Below, in pieces: positions 50,735 to 63,136 of a DNA stretch of 64,000 nt. A program made the translations under genes and the position numbers. The number at the start of each line of letters is the position of its first letter. Within the stretch, counting starts at the first letter, position 1. The notes beneath the pieces were generated by a model. It saw only the letters and a program-made list of their open reading frames with translations, was not told where the DNA came from and ran no database searches. The DNA comes from Hemiscyllium ocellatum (Eukaryota): contig NW_026867509.1 in assembly GCF_020745735.1 (NCBI RefSeq), positions 2,146,537 through 2,210,536 on the forward strand. Reading direction: 5' to 3'.

Positions 50735-51630
50735 CTTCAAAATATTTTAAGACTTATTGTTAATGGTACTTTGCCCTCGCAGCTCCCTGTGGCAACGTTC
50801 CAAAGATATACAATTCCCTGAGAGGAGAAATTCTTCTGCATTCTGCCTCAAGGCACCACTCCATTATTCTGTGATTGATCCTTTTGTCTGGACATTCTCC
50901 TATGAGTGCTAACTTCCTCTCAGCACGTACCCTTTCAAGTACCTTAAGAATCCTACAAGTTTCAACATGATCACTTTTCATTTTTGGAACTCCAGGATGT
51001 ATGGTCCAAACTTGTTTAACCTTTGATCATAAGAAAATCTCTCCAGATCAGAGATCACCCCAGTGCACTTTCGCTGAACTGACTCAAACAAAATTATACC
51101 TTTCTTTTAACATCAGACTTCCTGATTACCTGCTGCCCCTGTGAACTAGCTTACTGTCCCAGAATGTCTTTGTGTTGTATCTTTCTACAGTTATTAATCC
51201 AATTAAATAATATCATGCTCTTTCGTTCTTCTTTCCAAAATGAACAATGTCACATTTTACCTCTTTACTTTCCAAAACTCAAACTGTTTGTGCCCTTCTG
51301 ACAATTTCCTTTCCACCTGTTTTGGTGCCATCTGCAAACTTGGCTGCAGTGCATTCGCTTCCTTCCTCCTATACAATACACAATGTAAATATTTGTCGTC
51401 CAAGCACTGATACCTGCGTTACCCCATTAACCACAGGTCATCAGAACGAAAAATGACTTTTCCCCACTTGCTGTTTCTTCCCTTCATCGAATTCTTTGTT
51501 CATGCCAATATGTTACCTCCAACACCCCGGGGGCTGTTATTGCATGAGTTAATCTTTTTTGATGTGTCTTGTCGAACGTATTTTGGAAGTCAAAATGAAC
51601 ACATCTACGGATTCTCCGCTATCCAATCCA
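50735..51630 (-). mobile_element. CR1 LINE 3' fragment
   Basis: KSDHVETCRILKVLERV (LINE 3' region) and RT remnants (gcaaacttggctgc, ttgtcgtccaagcactgatacctgcg). Confidence 0.75.
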
Positions 51631-53021
51631 AAGTTTGACCCATTGTCACTTTCAGTAAGGCTTAAACCACCGGCGGTACACTCACATCCGGCCTCATGCC
51701 TCTCAGTCATCATTGCCTTTCATTTTTTTCTCACTTCTTTGCTCTGTTTCTGATCTTGCACATTGTCGTTTCCAGCTCTCTGATTTGGAACTGCAAGTAC
51801 TTTTTAACAAAACTGAATCCTTCAATATGAATGTCACTAACTGGGATAGGATTTATTGTCGAAGACTCATTACCTCAGGGTAGAAATAATGTGTCACTTC
51901 TTAATCACACTTAGAAAATAATGAGATGTGATTTCCATTTCAAGAAATCAAGTGACTTGTTATATTAGAAAGCAATATTCCAAATGTATGCTTTACTTTT
52001 TTCAGAATTCATTCTAATAACTTTCCAACAATTCGTGTTAGTCCAACTGGCGTGCAATTTTCATTTTTTTACCTGCCTGTTTTTTTTTTAAAGTATCCTG
52101 TTGACCATCATTCAATTCTCTCGCACTTTTTCAGAGTTCAAGCATTTTTGGATAACAATTGCAATCACTCCTAAGAACGCTGGTGGGATAAATTACATTG
52201 GATTCGAAATAATTTTAATGGAAGGTGGTTGCAACTCTGGCAGAGGCACTTCTGGGATTTGAACACAGGATTGCCTGTTTAGTGGCCAAGCTCCAAGCAA
52301 GGCACAGTGCCACCATTGGGCTGTTTCTGCCAATTTCCTAGGACAGTTTGTCATAGGAGATAAGTATTTTTTTCTGTTGCAATTTTGTTGAGTGAGAATG
52401 TCAATTAGATTCGACTTTTGAATAAAAACGCCACATTCACTCTGAACAGTCACCAGTGAAAACGCACAGAAAGATGCAATCTCCAATTGCATTGGTTTGA
52501 AAGTGATATTTTGATCTGTTAAGCTAACAGGATGAGGAGATGCCCTCATAAAATGAGAACCATTTACCCCGTCAATTCCCCAAGAGGGAGCATCAAAAAG
52601 AGAAGGGAATGTCTGGATACTCTCGCCCTCTTGAAGGCCATTAAGCACATTAATAAAGCAAGAGAGAGCATCATAAAAAAAGCAGAGAGCCAATTTGGTT
52701 AATTGATTAGGAGTGATATCTGAGTCTTTGCAAACAATGCATAGTAAAGTCTGACCAATTGTCACTTTCAGTAAAGCTGAAACCACCGGCGATACACTCA
52801 CATCCGGCCTCATGCCTCTCAGTTATCATTGCCATTCATTTTTTTTCTCACTTCCTTGCTCTGTCTCTGATCTTGCACATGGTCGTTTCCAGATCTCTGA
52901 TTTGGAACTGCAAGTTTTTTTAAACAGAACTGAATCCTTCAATATGAATGTCACTCACTGGGATAGGATTTGTTGTCGAAGACTCATTACCTCAGGGTAG
53001 AAATAATGAGTCACTTCTTAA
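51630..53021 (+). repeat. ~275-bp direct repeat pair (51630-51903 and 52746-53021)
   Basis: Both copies read aaagt(t/c)tgacc.attgtcactttcagtaa...cacatccggcctcatgcctctcag...gaagactcattacctcagggtagaaataatg.gtcacttctta. Confidence 0.9.
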
Positions 53022-53599
53022 AATCTTGAACTCCTTGGCACTCTTTACGATTGCGATGGCAATGTGGATGGAGTTCCAGAAGTTAGACCTAGCGGCAAAG
53101 AATAAACAGAAATATACTTCCAACTCACAGTGCTGTATGCCTGCAGGATGCATTGAACGTGGCAGCTTTCCCACATACTTGTCCCTGCTGTTTTTCTGGA
53201 TTGAAGCACCTCTCATTAGGTTGAATTAGCAGGTTAAGAATGCATGTGCTATTTGCATTCAGAAATGCGTTTGCATTTGGAAAATTCACACAAGAGAAAA
53301 AGGTGAGAGACAAAAATATCCAGATCCATACCTATGTTGGAACAACATTTTCAATGAGGTTTTACATTTTGTATATTTCAGCTAGACAGTGTCCTACCTG
53401 GAATTTCCTGGAATTGCTATTTAAATTTAAATCCGTGCTACTCTCACTATATCTATTGTGACTAACCAATTTTTTCGTGACAGGCCGAATGAGATTGTTT
53501 TTCCCTTCTAAATCCAATCTATTATTTTTGGTAACACTGTGAATTACCCCTTCAGTTCGGTTCACTCGAACATTCAATTGCTGGTTTCCAATTTCTCAG

Positions 53600-53925
53600 T
53601 ACTTGCATTCCATATCTGAATGATGGAATTTCTGTCACTCAGCGGTATCCCTCGATCACACAGACCGACCCAGGCGATGTTACTGGCAACTTAACCTGCA
53701 TCAATGATACGTACTCTTTCAACTGGTGCTGTCAGTAACTGGGCAAACAGCCTGAGTTCACAGTTTGGATGAAGAAAAGCCTTGCTACTGAATTTAATGC
53801 AGGTTTCATTGAAGCCTGGTCTATTGATGCTCTCTTACAGTCAGAGAAGTAGTACCAATTGCCCATCTTGTAGCTGCTGCAATCTGATACTTCGATTTAT
53901 TATGTGCTTGGAACGAATGCCTGAT
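53600..53925 (+). pseudogene. TCR V pseudogene, same family as the 56042 V
   Basis: DGISVTQRYPSITQTDPGDVTGNLTC...FNWCCQ*LGKQPEFTV...QSEK*YQLPIL*LLQSDTSIYYV. Several stops; RSS not recognisable. Confidence 0.7.
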
Positions 53926-54509
53926 ACAATTCGTTTCTGGGTGACATCTACTGCATTTTCAGGGGTGCTTATAACAACGGTTCACACGCAGATGCTCCAG
54001 TGGATTCCTGTGATAGAATTGTTGTGTGAGTGGTTCATGATCACTGAAGAGCGTACTGATGCCACAACATTAACTATTACCTATCAATGTCCCAGATTGA
54101 CTCTGCCAAAGACCAAAACTGAAGTCAATGGTCATTTTGGCTTAATTCGGTCATCAGAATTTTCTTTTTTTTCCATAGTGTTGAGTATATTTGGGACTTA
54201 CATTGATAGATTAGTGTGCGTTAAAAGATGGAAGTGGTTTGGGATTCGGCCAGAAGCGAGGTGGATCAACTATGTTCGTTTCACGAGTGGAGCAAGTTCG
54301 ATGCGCCAAGTGGCCTCCTCCAGCTCGCAATCTTTGTTCATGTGCCAGCTCTTTGATGTCATGGATCGAGAACAAAGGATCTGAAGCCGATTGGGTGATG
54401 ACTGATGACTGTGACAAAAATCATTCAATCGGGATGGAGATCGGAAAAGACACATTTTTTTTTATTTCAGCTGAAACAATTGAGCCTCGTTTTGTTCTAA
54501 CCAATCTTC

Positions 54510-54983
54510 ATGTCAACTATTCATATTCATGTTCACCCCTGGGTAATATGTGTAATTTCTGTGTCCAACAACATAACCTTTGATCGTGAGTCTTGATTAG
54601 AACAGTCATTTCAATACCATTTACTTGCTATATCACTGCAGGTGTTAATTTTGCAGATCCTAACTCAGAAGCTGGTTACCATGACACAACTTGAAGGAGA
54701 TTCAGTGATTGTTCGTTTCAGTTGTTTGACAGCAGTTAATATGTATATCTTGCAATTCTACCGTCATGAACCTGGTAAATCTCCGATTTTCTTAATCTAT
54801 ATCACTGACTATCAAAATGCCATCAGAGGAACTTTTGAGTTGTGAGATCTCGATTTTCTGCATCACTGGACACCTCAAAGAGTGAGGGAAGTTCCGCTGT
54901 CGTTGAGCTGCGGCTATTGGACATCAGCGTCTATTATTAAGAAGTAGGAGGACATGAACCAGAGGGAGCCTTGGACAAAAACA
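54510..54983 (+). pseudogene. TCR V pseudogene, same family as the 3715 V; RSS heptamer missing
   Basis: Acceptor ctgcag|gt at 54641. TQKLVTMTQLEGDSVIVRFSC...FYRHEPGKSPIFLIYI, frameshift, SRFSASLDTSKSEGSSAVVELRLLDISVYY*. Nonamer ACAAAAACA at 54975-54983. Confidence 0.85.
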
Positions 54984-56002
54984 TTGCTGTAATGGGACAA
55001 AGTGAACGGAATGAGAAGTGGAAGATGCATGGGCCATGCAGCGTGCAGAGAAATCAGGATTTCCTTAACCTCATTTTCAAACGAACTGAATTGAGACATT
55101 TCCGAATATTTAACAACAGATAAAAAATAAGTGTAGTAATAGAGAGAGTTTCCTCTGTCCCATTTAAATCATATGTACCTCTGAACATCATTCAAAATGT
55201 GGCTAAGGAATTTCTGCCATTTTATACATTAAACTATTGTGACAGATGAGCTTTCTGAAATATATGAATTAACTTCCTCTTCCAGTCATTCATGATTATT
55301 TAACAGTAAGAGGAATGCATCACTGAATCGGTAAGAAACATAAGAAATAAACAATCTTTATTCGCTTACATCAATTCCTGTTGAATTCAGACATATAAAA
55401 GCCTTTCTGATGTTCCCTAAAGTTTTTATTTTCATTTCAATTGAGGTTTCATATTCATAACGTGTTCTGACAAAGAGTGCTAACGCCTGTCCTTTCAGAT
55501 TATTGCTATTAATATCATTGTTCATTATCCTCTCGTTATATCCTGAAAATATCCCCGTTTACTGTGTTATATATGGATTTTTGTTCTTTAACATGTATAT
55601 TTTTAACATTGAGCGGTATTTAATCAGGTTACTGAAATTATTGGGAATTTCGTTACTTGGCGGTCTGCTGTTCACACTACATGCTGGAATCTCACGTCGA
55701 AAAATTATGAATTTTCCACCAAAATAGTGGTAAACGGATTTGGGTAGTGCCAGGCAGATTGCAGAGCTTGTATTCTCGAAGAGTGTCAGTAGGGAGTTCC
55801 CAAATAAACAGCAACCAATTCGGTCCACTCTAGTTCAATATAATAATCAGAATACTAGTCGCTATGACCAACTTTAAATGATGTTTACGTGGATTGTCCT
55901 CTGGGTATTTCCCCTCAGTCAAATACACCAAAATATCAGTGTATGATTCGCTGTTATGTTCAACCGTCAACAGGCTGCAGCTGTGACCCACAAACCTACA
56001 GC

Positions 56003-56041
56003 AGTTATTGTACGAGTCTTTCACTGTCTTGCAACGTTGTG
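56003..56041 (-). other. 23-RSS of the 56042 V
   Basis: Minus strand: CACAACG, ttgcaagacagtgaaagactcgt (23 nt), ACAATAACT. Confidence 0.85.
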
Positions 56042-56345
56042 AGCCTCATTGCACAGAAGTAAACGGCGGTGTCAGACAGTAACAGCCCTGAGATTTTCAA
56101 TTGGTACAATTTTTCCAACTGTTGGATTTCATCAGAAAACCGGGCCTGAGCAAAATCCGCTTTCTTTACTGCACCACCACTCTTAAGCCTCCGGACTGCG
56201 AACTCAGGCTGTCTGTCTGGGGACTGGCGGTACCAGAACAAGTAATCAGCATCGTCAGTGTAGGTACAGTTTAAATAGGCATCTTCTCCCTCTGTCCGTG
56301 TGAGAGAAAGCTCACGCTGAGTAACAGAATCTCCATTGTTCAGGT
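56042..56345 (-). CDS. TCR alpha/delta V exon, open reading frame intact
   Basis: Acceptor ttccag|ac. LNNGDSVTQRELSLTRTEGEDAYLNCTYTDDADYLFWYRQSPDRQPEFAVRRLKSGGAVKKADFAQARFSDEIQQLEKLYQLKISGLLLSDTAVYFCAMRL. Confidence 0.9.
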
Positions 56346-56840
56346 CTGGAACACAGGTGAGAAATTAACAGTTAAGTATTCGAATGAACAAACCACATTT
56401 GGAAATTCACGTTGTTTCCTAAAATACGGTATAGAAATTAGAGTAGAAAGAGCTGATTTGATAGATTGCGCCCATGTCCATGTGCATAGGACACAAGAAT
56501 CCTGCCTCTTCTCTCCTCTCATTCCCGTAGGAAAGCTCTTCACACTTTTCTCTGCATCCCTTTCATCTGCTGTCTTCTTACATACATCTTCTTGTGAAGT
56601 CTAGATATTCATTATGGAATGAAAAGCACATTTTGCCTCATATCTAGCTAAACTTCCTATCCAAGTCCAGAATCTAGATCTTTTCATCTGTGTATGGACA
56701 ACATTTAAGTCACCCATAGACTTTTTGGTAATAGAGAAAGGACACCAAGCCTTCACATTGTTTACTGTCAGTTTGTAATCTCTCCTTTCTAGCACTGTAT
56801 CCATAAATCTGTTTATGCTTTGCTTTCTGTCCCTTCAATC

Positions 56841-56892
56841 CTCGTGTAAGAGAAAGGCCAGAAGTGCACACCATAAACCAAGTGTGTTCCAT
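56841..56892 (-). pseudogene. Probable leader exon of the 56042 V, defective
   Basis: ATGGAACACACTTGGTTTATGGTGTGCACTTCTGGCCTTTCTCTTACACGAG (52 nt) is followed by GA instead of a GT donor. The hydrophobic reading LWCALLAFLLH is in a shifted frame. Confidence 0.45.
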
Positions 56893-57122
56893 TCCTGCTC
56901 CGATACTTGCCTTATGTGAGTACACTGTTTCATAATTTTATTCTTCAGACATTCTTCCATCATTTAAAGTTTAAATCCTTACCAAAAATGTAAATAATCC
57001 AGACGACAGAGACAAGGGCGAGATGCATTGCTATTGCTCCGGAATGCGAGAGACCTTTCTGTGCCACAGAAATCTGCAAAACCTCGGAGAAGAAAAGCTG
57101 GTCTCATTGGCTGCAATAGATT

Positions 57123-57132
57123 TGATGTCACT
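57123..57132 (-). promoter_or_regulatory. TCR V promoter CRE-like decamer AGTGACATCA with a nearby CCAAT
   Basis: Minus strand AGTGACATCAaatctattgcagCCAATg, about 230 bp upstream of the ATG at 56892. Confidence 0.6.
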
Positions 57133-57999
57133 TCCTATGAATCATGCAATATGATAAGCTGAATTTCGATGTTTATTTCAGACAAGAGAGACATGAATTT
57201 TACACTGTGATTTGTGGAAAAAAAGCATGTCTAAATATAGGTATATTGTTCTTGACTGACCCAAGAGAAGGTTGAATCATTCACTGAAAGCAGAAACAAA
57301 TGGATCTCTAACTTACTCAATAAAGAGCTTGATGTCTAATTGACATGACAGATGGTTTTTTTCTCGATCTGACCTGACAGACAATTTGACCTCTAACTCG
57401 GCTGACAGGCATCCTGTCCATTTAATGACATGAATTAATTACAAGGTCTCACAATAACAGGTTATAGTCCAACAGATTTATTAGGAAGCACTAGCTTTTG
57501 GAATGCTGCTTCTTCATCAGGTAGGTGTGGAGCAGGGCCAATTCCGGATAAAGGGTCATATCTTCTGTTCTGCAGATGCCTGTCATTCTGTGCTTTTCCA
57601 GCACCAAACTCTGGATTCAAATCTCCAGCATCTGCAGTCCTCACGTTCGCCCATATGGTCATGTGCCACAGCTAACTGATGGCAGAACAGCCCTCCGAAA
57701 GCAAGTGCTTCCAGATAAACCTGTTGGATTATTTGCTGGAGTTGTGTGATTTTAAACCTTGTTCACCCCAGTCAAACACCGGTTGCTCCACATCACGAAG
57801 TAAGTAGTTTAACTGCCAACGTTTAGTTGTTGAAATTAGATGGTGACGTTCCCACACAATGTCCCGAATCCTTCTCTGTTTGCAGAGTGGTGAGTCCTGA
57901 TAATCGTCTGCGCAGGACATACACCAGAAAAATATTTTCACAGGTCACTGCTTATTAGCAGCACCTAATAGAGATAGGAGAAGGTCCAACCTCCATATA

Positions 58000-58895
58000 C
58001 ATCATATCATCCGTCGTCATTTCCGTCACCCCACCACCAGGGATATATTTCCCTCCCCTTCCCTATCAGCGTTCTGAAAAGACCACTCCCTCTGTGACTC
58101 CCGTGTCAGGTCCACAACCCCCACCAACCAAACCTCCACTCCCGGCACCTTCCCCTGCAACAGCAAGAAATGCAAAACTTGCGCCCACAACTCCTCCCTT
58201 ACTTCTCTCCAAGGCCCCAAGGGATCCTTCCATATCCGCCACAAATTCACCTGCACCTCGACACACATCATCTATTGCATCTGCTGCACTCGATGTGGCC
58301 TCCCCTATATTGGGGAGACGGGCCGCCTACTTGCAGAACGCTTCAGGGAACACCTCTGGGATGCCCGGACCAACCAACCCAACCACCCCGTGGCTCAACA
58401 CTTTAACTCTCCCTCCCACTCCACCGAAGACATGCAGGTCCTTGGACTCCTCCATAGCCAGAACATAACAACACGATGGTTGGAGGAAGAGCGCCTCACC
58501 TTCGGCCTGGGAACCCTCCAGCCACAAGGGATGAACTCAGATTTCTCCAGTTTCCTCATTTCCCTCCCCACCTTGTCTCAGTCGATTCCCTTGTACTCAG
58601 CACCGCCCTCCTAACCTGCAATCCTCTTCCTGACCGCTCCGCCCCCACCCCACTCCGCCCTATCACCCTCACCTTGACCTCCTTCCACCTATCACATCTC
58701 CATCGCCCCTCCCCCAAGTCCCTCCCCCCTACCTTTTATCTTAGCCTGCCTGGTACCCTCTCCTCATTCCTGATGAAGGGCTCTGGCCTGAAACGTCGAA
58801 TTTCCTGTTCCTTGGATGCTGCCTAACCTGCTGTGCTTTAACCAGCAACACATTTTCAGCTCTAATCTCCAGCATCTGCAGACCTGACTTTTTAC
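58000..58895 (+). mobile_element. Penelope-like element 3' part (GIY-YIG)
   Basis: IIYCICCTRCGLPYIGETGRLLAERFREH; same family as 41722-43095, opposite orientation on the plus strand. Confidence 0.88.
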
Positions 58896-60979
58896 TATAA
58901 CAAAACACAAGCATTTTCCTCAATTTCAATTGATTCCGCCTCCTGGGGAAGCATCTGCTGCGATTGGGACAGTACAGTCGCCCCATTAACCGTGGCTACA
59001 AAGTAGAAGACATCTGTATTTAAGGCGAATTCATCCTTACAGAAAATATTCACCTGAAATCAAAACCGTGGAAGTTGCCATTTATTTCCCTGCATTTTGC
59101 TGGTCCATGAAAGTAGTGGATCAGGAATATTACAAGAGAGTAGAAAACAGAGAATGAACGTTTGGAGTCAAGTGTTCTGCACTGACGAAGGGTCATTCGA
59201 CTAAAAATGTTAACCATCTGTTTAAAACTGTTTTGTCGGACCTGCTGAGTTTCTCCATAAATTTCTACTTTTGCTCAGATCTCCAGCATCAGCAGTTCTT
59301 TGATTTATATCATTGGCGAATTGGTTTAATTGTGATTGAATCGAATGTTTAATCAAAAGTGTGATTTTGATTACAAGGAAGATGTGTGCCTTTACCCAGA
59401 GTAATTGATCAATCCAAGTAGTTTACACGTTCTCACTGGCACAAGGCTTTGAGACAGATGTCTCATTTATCTCATCCAATAAGAAAAGCCTCTGCAGTAC
59501 CTGTTGTATTACTGTTGAAGCACATTCAAGGCAGTGAACTTCACTTCCATTGAAGCTACGGTCAAATCCAGTTCCAAGCAACAAAGGTGAATATTTCGTT
59601 TTGCTATAGTTCTGTACGTGGTGTTGAAGCACATTTGAAATTAACAATTCTTTCTATTTAAAGATGCTGCAATGCGGGAGCAAGTACATACGCCGTGTCT
59701 GTTCGGCCCTCTCAATTAATTATCTTCCTATATTTAGGCAGAGTCTATGAAGTAAGTGAACAGTGTCATTGAATTTACAAATGATGCATTGATGTCAATG
59801 AATTTACTTTAAGGAGCCTGTTGTTGTGACTGAGCTCGGATAGACATTACTTAATTGCACTGGCTCTTTATGATTGACAAGTTTCCTTCTACTAAGGCAA
59901 TGATCAGCAAATTATGGACTGTTTTGGTCAAGGATCCCTGTAGGATAGGATCGTCAGACTGCCATCTTGTGGAGCAAAGTGATAAATACTTGTTTCTTTG
60001 CGTATGGAGATTCAGGCAAGAAATGATTGAGACTAAGAGAGTAAAAGTAAAGGGAGTCAGTGGACAAAAAGCTGACAGAAGCACAGGGAATTAAACAGTA
60101 GGAAATAAAGCGTTAGAAATTTAGGTAAAGATGATCATATTAACCATCGTGACGTGGAGGGACTGAGGTGACGGTTCAGTATGAGAAACACATACAGTAG
60201 TTTGGAACCATGGGGACTCAGAACTAAAGAGAAACAACAATTGGAGAGCGAGGCATCGAAGGTATAAGCCGCACAATTGGAGAATTTTGATTGATATAAA
60301 AACAGAAGTGGAAGAAATGTAAAAATACAATAAAATATCATGTATCATGGAAGATGACAAGAGTAAATTCTGCGATCCACTTGTAATTAAATTGTCAAAG
60401 CAAAAGTGGGCCTGGATTTGCATCAGGGAACTGCAAATGTTGGCGTTTTATCTAAGATCAGAGATGTATTTGTTTCCATGACACATATATTTGAGAATTC
60501 CAGTGATTATTTCTATTTGCAATTTTCTCCAAAGCGGAGTGGGTATTTATTTTTGTGAATTTCAACTGCTCACATTACTTGACTTCTGTGTTGAAAAGTG
60601 GATGACTAGTGCCAGGAAACTGGTGACCATATAAAGTAGAATCAGACACTCGTGGATGGTGGTGCGAACAGAATTACTCAGAAAATTTGAGATTCCATGT
60701 AAACAGCCACTCTTATTCATAGGGCGTTTTTAGTATTAGGCACTACTACTGCTTTTGACTGATTTCCCAGAGAGACAAGAACTTACTGAGAGTAACCCCT
60801 TAAGCATTTTGACTTGGAATCATGTAGCTGTCGCTAATATATCGCTATGCACTACATTTTGGTGCTAAATCTTTGCGGCAGAATGCACTAGATGTGGATT
60901 CAGAAAGATTCGGTTGCCTGCACTGGACAAGCGAAATGTGCACATGAAATCTGGATAATGACATCCACCTCTTTCATTT

Positions 60980-61670
60980 ATTGTATCCCTTGCTCCTGAT
61001 GTGGTCTCTTCGACATTGGGGAGACTGGATGACTTCTCACAGAGCGTTTTCGGGAACATCTCCAGGACGCCCGCAACAATCAACCCCACCGCCCCATGGC
61101 CCAACATTTCTTCTTCCCGTCCGAGGACATGCAGGTCCTGGGCCTCCTCCACCGCCTATCCCTCAGCACACAACGCCTGAAGGAAGAACGCCTCATTTTC
61201 CCCCTCAGAACACTTCAACCACACGGCATTAATGTGGACTTCACCAGTTTCTTCATTTCTCCCCCCACCTTACCTCAGTTCCAACCTTCCAACTCAGCAC
61301 CATCCTCATGACCTGTCCTACCTGCCAATCTTCCTTCCCACCTATCCGCTCCAGCCTCCTCTCTGACCTATCACGTTCGTCATCCCATCCATTGATTGTA
61401 CTCTTTGCTATCTTCCCCATCCTCTTCTCTGACCTATCACCTTCATCCCAACCCCCATCCACCTATTGTACTCTTTGCTACCTTTTTCCGAGCTCCACCC
61501 ACTCCCATTCATCTCTCCACCCTGGAGGCCCCCTGCCTTCAATCCTGATGAAGGACCTTTGCCCGAAACATCGATCTTCCTGCTCCTCGGATGCTGCCTG
61601 ACCTGCTGTGCTTTTCCAGAACCACTCTAATCTAGACTTTGGTTTCCAAGATCTGCAGTCCTCATTTCTG
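60980..61670 (+). mobile_element. Penelope-like element 3' fragment
   Basis: MAQHF...EDMQVLGLLHR...RLKEERLIF.LRTLQPHGINVDFTSF. Confidence 0.85.
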
Positions 61671-62509
61671 CCTACATCTGGATAATGGACTATCACGACA
61701 CAGTGCCAGCTCCAGTTTTATTGGATATAAATGTCAAAGAAATGTCAAATGTGACATCTCACAACAGCGAAGTATTCCATGTCAAGCTTTGGAGGAAGCT
61801 ACAATAAATTAGTCGTTATATATACTCCTTATTAGTTTTACACGAATTGCTTTCTATTTTGCCATAGAATATTCCAATAATTTCGTGCTTTTTGTTACAT
61901 ATTTATATTTTTCTATGCTTTCACTTTGCTGAATGCAGTATTTGATTTTTCTCAGTGCTTCCTTTTGTTCTGTTGGAACATTATACATTTTTGTGTGATA
62001 GATAGACTTTATTTCTAAAGAGAATTAATATTTTTAAGACACGGCATAATTTTCCAAACTTAAAGTTGGGAAATGTCGGGGATTCGTTTCACATCTGAAA
62101 GATGACACTATTTGGAATCGGAACAGTACCTTTCCAGTCCTCACACGTTCTCATGCAGATTTTCTCAGCTTTTCTATTTTTCCATCTCTTACAGATAGCA
62201 TATTCCTCCTTATAATATTTTCTCAGACAAGATCTGCTCTACCTGATTGTACCATTTATTTCCTCGTCTCCACCGATCTCCTGGTTATACTCACACCTTT
62301 TTAATATCAAAGTGTATTGGTGGATTTTAATTCGTGTTCTCTATCAGGTATATCACGTCGATGTGCAGTCTCCATTCTGTCTAAACTCACGTATCTTCAA
62401 AGGGTTCTTCCTGGTTAACAAACTATGTCGATTTTGATCAATTTTGACTATTTACTGTCAGAGCTGAAAATGAAATACTGCACTGAGAAGACAGCAACAC
62501 GGGTTATTT

Positions 62510-63130
62510 AGAACAAAGAATATTCCAGCGTCGGAGAGGCTCATCAACCCTCGATGTTGAGCCGACTGGTGGAATCAATCTGAAGCCTATTTATCTGACA
62601 CTTCAATTTTCATCCACATGTTTATCCAATGACCATTTAACTACCCTGAGAATTGGCGAATCTACTACTGTTGTAGTTAGTGCGTTCCACCTCGCCAATA
62701 CTCTCTGTGTAAAACAATTACTTCTACCATTTGTCCAACATCTATCACCCTGTCGTGCGAACTACCACCACCCCAGTTAAAAGGCCACTCTATACAATCC
62801 TCCCATTATTTTAAAAATCTCAATGAAGTCACCACTCAACCTTCTTCTCTGTAACGAAAACACACTAAGTCCCTTAGCCTTTCCTCAAACGACCTTCCCT
62901 CCATGCCTGTCAACATCCTAGTAAATCACTTCAGAACCATTTCTGAATCTTCCACATCTTCCCAATAATGCAGTGAACAGAACTGTACGTAATGCTCCAA
63001 GTGCAACCGCTTCAGACTTGCACAATTGCAGAATGCCTTCGTGGCTCCAAATCTCATTCCCTCTAAATAAAAGCCAACACACCCTATGCCTTCTTAACAA
63101 CCCTGTCAAACTGGGTGTCAATATCCAGGT
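62510..63130 (-). mobile_element. CR1 LINE 3' fragment
   Basis: Reverse-complement CR1 tail and RT C-terminal remnants (ttccctccatgcctgtcaacatcctagtaaatc, ctctaaataaaagccaacac). Confidence 0.75.
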
Positions 63131-63136
63131 ATCTAG

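Noticed and set aside
52193-52813. 206-aa ORF between the direct repeats
   Set aside because: No domain signature; it starts in the repeat and ends in a tRNA-SINE head (A/B-box-like).
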